From: Schmidtea polychroa
Lineage: Eukaryota
Length of the DNA stretch: 64,000 nt
Assembly: GCA_044892525.1 (NCBI GenBank)
Contig: CM097885.1
Coordinates: 201,934,001-201,998,000 of the forward strand
Direction: 5' to 3'
A model generated the notes under the pieces. It saw only the letters and a list, made by a program, of their open reading frames with translations. It made no database searches and was not told where the DNA came from. A program made the position numbers and the translations under genes. Numbering within the stretch: the stretch's first letter is position 1; each line of letters begins with the position of its first letter. Below are positions 55,701 to 64,000 of the stretch, one piece after another.

Positions 55701-58649
55701 CGTGATTTTCACGCAGGCGCCACGACGGAAAATACAAAAGGCGGCAAAATTGTATAGAAATTTGTTATTTTCATAACAATTTCCATTCTATTGTTTAATA
55801 ACTAGTCCAATTTGAGCAATATTGTTCCATCTGTGAAAAATATTTTTGTTTTGTATGCATTTATCGTTTTTTTTACTCTTATAATAAAATGCGAAGGCGG
55901 TAATATGCAATTTTCACACATCATCTGAAACTCTAGCGCCGGTGCTGTATGGATCAATATATTCAATAGAAAATAATACATTGATTTATAGTTTGAAAGA
56001 ATGATAAGAAAATTCATATTTAATTATAATCTTTTCTATCGTATTAAAATTTATAGTAATGAACCTTTCCCTACGTTTTATGTGACGAATTTATTTAAAA
56101 TATTTATTTATTTTGTTAAAAATAATACCATTTTTGTGTCAAAACTAGGTCTGAGGTCGTAGTATTGTGTTGTGTTTTTTTCGTATCATTAATACATCGA
56201 TGTAAACAGATAACAAGTCGAATAAAATCAAAAGACAAAACATCAAATAGACATGAATAAATAAATAAAAACAATACAAAATAAATGAAAAAATACATGA
56301 AAAATAAAATTTATAAACAAAATTATCGAGAATAGCAAGAAATTGTATGTAGACAAAGCAAAAAATTCACCATAAACGAAAAACAAATTCACATATCATC
56401 TTGACGATTGTAAAAATGAAGAATAAAATTAATTTATCAAAAAAAGTTACAAAAATTATAGTACAAATCGCCATTTAGATTAAATAAATGAAAATAGAAT
56501 TAATAAAAATTAAATTAAGCGTCAAATTAGTGAAATCGATCATGGCAAAAAATGGATAATTAAATAAAGTTAAATTAAAGAAAAATTGAAAACAATTAAA
56601 AGATTGATTTTTGTGGCCTTTCTGGAATGCTACACCAAACACCACTGAGATACATTTTCTATAGTTGTGGTTAGTGGGTACATCATTAAATTGAATCACC
56701 AATTTAATGAATTTCATTTCTTGAAATTTATTTTAGCCAATTTTGAAATGGCTTTCCCGTAAGATGTTTAATTTTAAGTCAATTTTAAGACTTGAATTTT
56801 TATCCATATAGATATGAGATCATTTTCAAGTTCTTAAATATTAGTTATAGCCAACATTTATGTTACATATTATTTTTAATTAATTTTCAGGTTTTTTAGG
56901 AATTTTATGGAATATATTTTATAATTATAATTTTGGAATTATTTTGATATAATGTAAGTCAGATATATTTTTTATTATATTTAAATAATTAAATCAATCG
57001 CCAAAAATGTATTTTTCTAAATATTTCTAAAACAAATAAGAAATTCTAATGAATATTTAACTTAATTTTAACTCAAAAATAATTCTTACGATGATATTTC
57101 GTCATTTTCATGACAATAGTTTCTTTAAAAATACATTTAAAAACATTTTCAGCGATAACTTATTTTCTAAAAATTGTCTAATATAGAGTTATTATAGAAA
57201 CGTATCTCAGTGGCGCATTTCTATGATTCGAAAGTTTGCATGTGTTTTAAGTATGTGTTGTGTTACTGTGCAGTATTTAATTTTTCTTCCACTTTTTAGA
57301 TTTCTATAGTGTAAGATGAAGAACATCAGCGTGAATTTAAAGTAAGTATGTATGTTTCCATAATGTAAGATTATTGATTTTTTTCTGATATTATAGGAAA
57401 CGTATCTCAGCGGTGTTTGGTGTATAATAAATTGCCTGGTGTAACTGCTAATGCATTTTTAGCACACAGGTGAGTTTGTATGTATCTTATAATATAATTT
57501 ATTTATTATTGTTTCTATATTATAGACTGCTTTTATCAAATGTAACGCAAAGTTTTACAATTCTGTATGGTAAAATAAAAATTCGAAATTTAAAGATAAT
57601 GCAATGTAACACCTGTGCCTCTGACTTTCAAATTAATAAATATATTAATTTAAGAATTAAAATTCAAATACATTATTAAATTAAAATACATTGTTTGAAT
57701 ATTCTTATATATTCTCTTTCTTTCAAACATTTACATCTTTTAGTCATTAAAATGTGTCAAAAACTATGAAATTGGAACAATTTTTGGATCAAAGAAATGC
57801 TTAACCAATATATCGAATGGGAATTACGAACGATCAATCTCGTAAAGCTGCTGCTGGTACTCCTCGTCGTCAGATCACAGTCAATAGATACGTTCAGTTC
57901 AAATAAGCAATTACACTCGAATCATGAAGATTGCACCATCAAAATTGAATATTCTAACAACACGAAATCAGGAGAGTCGTATCCAATAAAATGCAACGCC
58001 ATTCCTAAATTCGCAAATACCAGATACACTTTATACAAAGATGTGGAATCCAATAAATATATTGTACCAATTAGTTTTATGTTAGAATTTTATAATATTT
58101 TTTCAAATCAATCAACAACTGTACTGTTATTTCTGAGTAAAACACTTTAAAATGACAAATATTTCAAAAATGATTTTGTCAAAACAGTCTGGGAAGTTAA
58201 TAGAAATTGTTTTATGATTTCCCTTGTATTGGAACATAGTGCATGAAGAAGTTAATAAACTCTTCCAGGAAAATTGCTCATAATTTATGTCTATCCATTT
58301 ATGATTTTCAACAAGGTAAACATGAAGTTCATTATATTGTGTACCATTTGATATAGAAACCCGTTAGAGAAAAATACGGTAGTTTGCTTATGGGCGCAAT
58401 TTTTATTTCTTATATGCGCAATATTATTTGTTTTCAAAGTGTGAGTTAAGTAAGAAAGAACAATATAGATTCATTATGTCATACACAATATGCAATGTCA
58501 TGAACGTGTTAAAAAGATATTTTAGAAATATGAGTCAATGAATAAATATTGATTAATCAGTAAATATCATTGACTTTTATCTGTGATTTTAGGATGGATT
58601 TCAATCTCCAAATAATGAAGAGTGGATGGGTCCTTTAAGTGCGAAATAA
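43707..58649 (+). CDS. MAPRE1: EB1/MAPRE microtubule end-binding protein, divergent, 277 aa; exons 43707-43842, 43901-43939, 52935-53041, 53093-53270, 55072-55232, 55279-55434, 58593-58649
   Basis: All six introns are GT-AG and phase-consistent, giving an 834-nt ORF. CH domain: [65 protein letters not shown] domain: [31 protein letters not shown]. Confidence 0.9.
44750..47330 (-). mobile_element. Degraded Gypsy retrotransposon in EB1 intron 2 (protease, RT, RNase H remnants) between ~120-bp LTR-like direct repeats
   Basis: [10 protein letters not shown]; [34 protein letters not shown]; [17 protein letters not shown]; repeat CCATTCACGATAATTATTAATTAGGTAATTTAA at about 44815 and 47257. Confidence 0.8.
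47540..47906 (+). mobile_element. Possible Polinton/Maverick-associated (F54H12.2-like, putative capsid) gene fragment
   Basis: [43 protein letters not shown]...AIYYI resembles from memory the LLNxVxxRIKLxR...KVKIxxAxLxVRKVKxxPxVL...AKYPI pattern; weak, by eye only. Confidence 0.3.
48569..49765 (+). pseudogene. RACK1: RACK1 (GNB2L1) processed pseudogene in EB1 intron 2
   Basis: [88 protein letters not shown]; intronless, several stops and frameshifts. Confidence 0.95.
48911..49510 (+). repeat. Exact 300-bp tandem duplication (48911-49210 = 49211-49510)
   Basis: Lines 48961/49261, 49021/49321, 49081/49381 and 49141/49441 are identical. Confidence 0.97.
49980..50650 (-). mobile_element. Solo-LTR-like element (671 bp)
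   Basis: Minus-strand TGTAACGCGT...GGGCTCTACA; end homologous to 29987; AATAAA on the minus strand; no clean TSD. Confidence 0.6.
50651..51071 (+). mobile_element. Partial LTR related to the 17311/21228 family
   Basis: Shares the AATAAA and CACGCTTTGGA motifs and ends ...TTCGACA. Confidence 0.4.
51735..52125. repeat. Two diverged tandem copies of a 195-bp unit
   Basis: CAAAATCACTCGAAATAC at 51754 and 51949; GATCATGAAAATTTAT and TATAATAGTTTC recur at the same spacing. Confidence 0.8.
54361..54847. mobile_element. pogo/Tigger-like MITE (487 bp)
   Basis: TIR CCGT(C/A)TATACTCGCGTATAAGT at both ends; TA TSD. Confidence 0.88.
55674..55947. mobile_element. hAT MITE (274 bp) in the last EB1 intron
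   Basis: Imperfect TIR CAGGCCCGGCG / CGCCGGTGCTG; perfect 8-bp TSD TATGGATC. Confidence 0.85.
57797..58150 (+). other. Unassigned 117-codon ORF nested in the last EB1 intron
   Basis: ATG-initiated ORF with hydrophobic stretch [11 protein letters not shown]; no recognisable domain; could be a frameshifted remnant. Confidence 0.25.
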
Positions 58650-60427
58650 GGCTTTCCTTTATTTTATGGTTTTTCCATTCTAAACTTTGTTGCATATACT
58701 TATGGTGAATAAGAATTATATCTTACAACATGTGTTGATGAATTTATTTAATAAATCAGCATATAATTTCAATGTTAATAACAAAAATAACCACTGAATG
58801 AGATTAAAACAACGTAAATTCTATGAATTCATTGATTTTTAAAAGTGCTTTTTAGTTATGTGCTACGAAGTTAATAATGTGCTAGAAAGGTAAATATGGT
58901 GTGGCATATTAACATATTTATTGATTGGTTCATTACTGATACTGGAACGGTTTGTGAGTGGTCGACAAAAACCACCAATTAAAACAATATCACCATATTA
59001 TAGCCATAACTTAAAATTTCAAATTGTAAAAATTTTCAAACTTCTCATAAATAAAAGTCTTGATAATTCGCTTATCATAATCTATAAACAGTACATTCGG
59101 AAACACGCTTTACAATATTTTTAATTGAAACTGTCAATTACTTTTGCAATATTAATTTGAGCGTTCTAGATGTGTTGAGAAGCATTTGTTTAACTGTCAG
59201 GAGAGTTAAAATGCATTCAATTTGACTTTTAAAGAACTAAACTTTTGCGCTGCAGTCTTAAAGTTTATAAATGTACACAAAGTGCTGAGTATGTTTTACT
59301 TCATTGCAGATCCAAAACTGATATTCTGTCGGCTTGGTAGACAGATCACTAAAATTATATTTTATATTTGTTTGTTAATTATCCTAAAAAATTCCTAAGA
59401 AATTGTTTATGTTGAGACGACAGCTCATCATAATTTGGTTCTTGGGTTGGATTGAGCCATTTTAGTGTCCAAGGCACAAACCCACATGGGTGCCCTTGAT
59501 ATTTCACTAACCGTAACCGCTGGTATGTTCAATATTATCCAAAGAAAACAGTTGTTAACAAATATGTTTGTAGTTTGTACTACTATCACTCATAAAACTT
59601 ACAATAAAGTATTTGTGTATTAAAATTAATAGTTAATAAATTTTGAAATAATAATAGACAAAAATACTGCCAAACTTGAATGTGAATTTTTATTATAATG
59701 TATTTCTTCATTTTCATAGCACTTGTTCAATTTAGAATAAAGATATAGTCATTTAAAGGGATTTTAATTCATCTTATTGGTTTGATATTATGAGGCAAAA
59801 ATATGATCTTTTACAAATATTTATCGATAAAATACCAATCTTTAAAGATGGATAGATATTTCATGGAAATTTGATGCTTTTAGATGATTTGAGTGGAATT
59901 CACTTGGATATACAAATGGTAGAATATTGTCATTTAAATGAATTTACTGGTTTATTCGATTATTTAATGTAATCTATAGGGCTTATATCAGTCACCTTTG
60001 GAATTTATTAATAATTATTTAGATCTTTCTAGGGTAAATGGTTGCTTTTGATAAATTATAAATGAATTTTTACTGAATTTTCTGAATAATTTGAGCAACC
60101 AGTGAATCAAATTGAGTTTAGATGTATTAATAAGCTAGATTATTTGGCGCCCTTGGCAAACTGAAAAAAATACGAAAAAAAAATGACAAATATAGAAGCA
60201 CTATTAAAATTTTATTTTTCTTGCTTTCAGGCTGGAAAATTTATCAATTTACATTGTGAAAACTAAGACTATTAGTTACATCAAATTTTAATGATAAAAT
60301 ACTTAAATTAGTTAATCTTTCTTGGTCTATTGCTGATCCTAAATAATTTTTGATTAATTTCATTTTGCTGAATGCTCTTTCGCAAGAAGCAGATGTCACA
60401 GGTAATGTTAGAAATATTCGTAATATT

Positions 60428-60518
60428 TGTAGGAATAATGTAATATTAAACAATTAATGTTGTTTTAATATTATGAAAATGTCGTAAAAATATTTTTTGA
60501 AAAACGTTTTGTCTTACA
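60428..60518 (+). repeat. 5' LTR (91 bp)
   Basis: TGTAGGAATAATG...TTGTCTTACA, repeated at 63062-63152. Confidence 0.95.
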
Positions 60519-60530
60519 AGCTATCCGGGC
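60519..60530 (+). promoter_or_regulatory. Putative primer-binding site AGCTATCCGGGC, complementary to nt 1-12 of tRNA-Lys(UUU)
   Basis: Abuts the LTR terminal CA. Its reverse complement GCCCGGATAGCT is the 5' end of animal tRNA-Lys(UUU), recalled from established sequence; the host tRNA was not checked. Confidence 0.65.
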
Positions 60531-60531
60531 A

Positions 60532-61248
60532 ATGGAAATCAACAAGATCATAATTGAAAATGTTGGAAAATTCGATGGCAAAAATAGAGATGTGGAAGAA
60601 TGGTTCGACAAACTCGAAATTTTTTTGGAAGCCAAGAATGTGAAAAATGTCATGAATGTAATGCCATTTTTACTTGAAGGGCAATCTTATGCAGTTTTCA
60701 AACAGTTAAAGAAAAGCAACACGACAATAGATTTTTGTATGCTGAAGAAGGAATTATTGAAAACCTTCGGTATGAGCGAGCAAGAAGCTTTTACGAAACT
60801 TTTACAGAAAAAAATGTTAATGGGTGATAACTTGGATGTCCATGTAAATGAATTAAGGTCACTGTTGGAATGTTCAGGTGATCTACTAATCCGATTTTTT
60901 GTAAATAGCTTACCAGGTGATTTGTCAAATCAACTAAAGATGTCAACAGCGTCAACAATGAATGAGTTAGTCGCTCAAGCAAAGAAAATCGCAAGTCATC
61001 AAATTTATGACAATGAAACGGTTGCAGTAGTAGTACCAAGATCAGATAGTGGAAGACAAGCCAATCGAAAATGCGATATATGCAATAGTGCTAATCATGT
61101 GGTAAGATACTGTCCAGAAAGACGCAATATCAGATGTGCAAATGCGGTATTATGGGACATATTTCAAGGTTTTGCAAGTCGGGAAAAAATCAAAGGGCTA
61201 CACACAATGTGGAGTCCGGTGTGGCCCCAAGAATTGTGAATATGTGAG
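60532..61248 (+). pseudogene. gag of the LTR element (frameshift near 61139 before the second knuckle)
   Basis: FDGKNRDVEEWFDKLE; CDICNSANHVVRYC; C..KCGIMGHISRFC. Confidence 0.8.
61181..61227 (+). promoter_or_regulatory. Putative -1 ribosomal frameshift signal (G GGA AAA, 7-nt spacer, 9-bp stem)
   Basis: The heptamer is in the gag frame and the protease ORF is in the -1 frame; stem GGGCUACAC (61195-61203) / GUGUGGCCC (61219-61227). Confidence 0.7.
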
Positions 61249-63061
61249 ACTCCTAAAAGTAAATGGTGATGTAAAAGCATGTTTAGTTGATTCGGGCAGC
61301 ACTACCACTATAGTAAAAGGAAATTCACGAAAATCTATGACTGAGGTAGCGATGCTTGATGGTTCAATCATATATGCTGAGCGAAGTAAAGTTGATATAT
61401 GGGTTGGAGATAAGTTATTTAATATTGATTGTTTAATATACCCGAAACTAGTATCCAATTTTGATGTAATTTTAGGAGTGACTGCTATTAATAGGTTTGG
61501 TGGAGTTCGATTGAATAAAGAAGCCATATTCGGTTGTGAAGAAGCACCTTGTCTGTATTCGTTATATGGCCAGTTAGTTGGAATTTATCCTGTGTGTGGG
61601 TGGTTGCGGTCAGCTTGCTCATATATCAAGAGGCTATTCAGTGGAAATTGGGATGATTCAATAGAAAATCATATCGTTGACAAAGTAAAATGGTTATTAG
61701 AAATGAAAGAGATCCATCGTCAGGTATTTGGAGTGTTCCCAGCAATCAGACAGGCATTATTTGGTGCGATGCAAGTTCGATCGCCATTGGAATTGTATTA
61801 GAAATGGAAGGTTCAGTGCTTGAAGATGCGTGTTGGTTGCGAAAACCTGATGATTCAAGACACATTAATTAGGTGGAATTAGAAGCGATTGTGAAGGTTA
61901 TTAATTTATGTATTAAATGGAATCTAAAGTACATCAAAATTAAATCCGATAGTAAATCAGTTGTGTGTTGTGTTAACAGCATATTATCAAGCGACAGAAA
62001 AATGCATACAAAAGCAAATTCAGAGTTGTTAATACGACGAAGGCTGGAGCTCTTAAAAGATCTAGCGATTGAGTATGAACTTAAAATGGACATTGAGTTT
62101 GTATCTACAGAAAATAACAAGGCTAATGTATTAACGAGAGTACCAGCCAACTGAATGATTATTAAAAAAGAAGTCGCAGCTTTAGGCAATCAAAAAAGCT
62201 CGAAAGATGTGTTATTAGAGATTCACAAGAACTGCCATGTAGGGAAAAATCGTATGCGATTCTTAGCATCGGAAACGGGGCTACTTAATGTGGATAATGA
62301 TATCTCAGAAATAATTGCAAGTTGTAATCAATGCCTATCAATTGACCCAGCCCCAGTAACGTAGGAAAAAGGTGAACTAAGCTGTGATGAAAATTGGTGC
62401 CGTTTAGCAATTGATGTAGCTAAATTGGCTAAAGATAAATATTTAACAATTATTGATTGTGGACCATCGAGATATGCAATCTGGAAGAAAATTAAGAATG
62501 AAAGTGTAGAAGAGATATGTAATGCTTTAAATGAAGTGGTATATGAAAGAGGAGCTCCAAGTGAAATATTATTAGATAATAACTTATCTTTTAGATCTAG
62601 AAAATTTCAAAAATTAGCAGATAAATGGAATGTTGAGTTGGTATTTAGAACAGTGAACCGTCCAGCGGGAAATGGGATCATTGAACGCAGCCATGGGCAA
62701 TCAAATCGCTAGCAGCTAGGTTCTCAGGAACAATCGCAGAAGCTGTGTACTGGTTCAACAATACGCCAAACAACAATAATATGTGTCCATCTAGAGCCAT
62801 ATTTAGATATAATCCAAAGCTGAATCTGACAAGCTACAATAAAAAAGAGATAATAATCGAAGCAAAATATTCTGCTGGTGACCCAGTATGGATAAAACCG
62901 AACTTTAATCAAAAATGCACAGAAAGATGGAAAGATGGATATATCATTAAACCATTATCAAATGCAAAATTTTGAGTCAGATGTAATGGATACGATATGC
63001 CGCGACACGTGGGCGATATGAGAAAAAGAGTTGTTAAAGATTCAGATGAATCTGGTGGGGA

Positions 63062-63152
63062 TGTAGGAATAATGTAATATTAAACAATTAATGTTGTTTT
63101 AATATTATGAAAATGTGGTAAAAATAGAATTTGAAAAACGTTTTGTCTTACA
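63062..63152 (+). repeat. 3' LTR (91 bp)
   Basis: Matches 60428-60518 with 4 substitutions; followed by TSD ATATT. Confidence 0.95.
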
Positions 63153-64000
63153 ATATTATTTCAACATTTGGATATAATTCTTTCATATCCAAATTGTAAA
63201 TAAATTGAAGAAGCTGCAGTGGAGTTGGAAAATTTTGTTTAAAAAGTTCTACTGTGAGTGAGATATCTAAAACTACAAATTTCAAAGCAAAATTCTTCAA
63301 CATTTAAACCATTTCTATATTTTAACGCCAAATTTGTTGCTGCCTTTAGAAGGTCTCTAGAATCGGCTTCAAAGAGATTTTTGGTGATTAAAAATTTCAA
63401 GAACTTAGATTATTTTTATTTATTTCAGATATTAATGGTTTTTCTTTGGTATTATTTTCTCCTGTTATAATTCTCCAGTGTACATTACCAACATGTTTTT
63501 TGTCATGATACATGATGGTAGAAAGTAAAATAATCATGATGATGTTTAGAGAAAAGTTATAGACAAATCTACTAGCAACCTAAAGATATTTAAAACACCC
63601 CTTAAGCGCCAACAAAAATTAACTTTATACACCTAAGCGATGACCAACTTGTATCACTAAATCAGCCATGCACAACCTTTTCAATGCTGTACCGACATAT
63701 TATTTTTTATGACCAAATTAAACAAAAAACTGAATAAAACTATGCAAAGTACAAACTCAAACAGAAGAGTAAAAATAATTTTTTCCATTAATTTAAAATT
63801 TTTATCACACCATTTAAAAAATGTAAGGTTTGCATGTCATACTGAGATTCATTTTTTATGTAATGACATAAAATATATCAAGCAATTAGAATTCATTTTT
63901 AATATATGCGGACATAAAAAATCTCAATTAGTAATCAAGAGTACTTTTTTAGTGTCATTTCATTTCATATCGGATTATTTTCTTATGCATTTCAATGTAA

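Larger units (their letters stand above)
60428..63152 (+). mobile_element. Non-autonomous Gypsy-like LTR retrotransposon (2725 bp): gag, protease, RNase H, integrase; RT polymerase domain deleted
   Basis: 91-bp LTRs (TG..CA, 4 mismatches), 5-bp TSD ATATT, PPT TGGTGGGGA before the 3' LTR. Gag has two CCHC knuckles; LVDSGS protease; WCDASS..HIN..ELEA..SDS RNase H; HHCC plus AIDV/LLDN/IIER integrase; no YxDD region. Confidence 0.95.
60240..63500 (-). mobile_element. hAT (ZMYM1-like) transposase 3' remnant split by the LTR element
   Basis: Removing 60428-63152 and one TSD copy restores YPNVEII|LRIFLTLPVTSASCERAFSKMKLIKNYL..QERLTNLSILS (hAT dimerisation domain). Confidence 0.85.

Noticed and set aside
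55664-55960. Strong acceptor at 55663 suggesting the hAT MITE disrupted the last EB1 exon
   Set aside because: Exon 58593-58649 (DGFQSP) matches the conserved EB1 (E/D)GF motif in the right phase, so the MITE is most likely intronic.
60428-60530. Tf1-like self-priming of the short-LTR element
   Set aside because: No complement of AGCTATCCGGGC exists in the LTR.
1-64000. tRNA, rRNA or snRNA genes
   Set aside because: None recognised by eye; tRNAscan-SE or Infernal would be needed to exclude them.

Overview
Very AT-rich eukaryotic (animal) genomic DNA with four N-gaps, 45-65 nt introns and a dense load of transposable elements. A planarian-like flatworm is my inference from composition, intron size and the TRAF-like gene; it is not proven. 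Host genes I can reconstruct by eye: a TCF/LEF HMG-box gene (+, 11.7-15.7 kb, 5' end partly in a gap), a divergent 7-exon EB1/MAPRE gene (+, 43707-58649, 277 aa) and a 226-aa coiled-coil + MATH (TRAF-like) ORF. Degraded host-gene copies: ubiquitin-like fusion, actin and RACK1 (with an exact 300-bp tandem duplication). TEs: a BEL/Pao remnant, several Gypsy remnants and solo LTRs, Penelope-like RT and GIY-YIG fragments, five hAT transposase copies (two with both TIRs, one nearly intact), Tigger/pogo, two Mutator remnants, several MITEs with TSDs and a possible Polinton capsid fragment. The most unusual item is a 2.7-kb RT-less LTR retrotransposon (60428-63152) with 91-bp LTRs. The 12 nt at its primer-binding position are the exact complement of the 5' end (nt 1-12) of tRNA-Lys(UUU), not of a tRNA 3' end.
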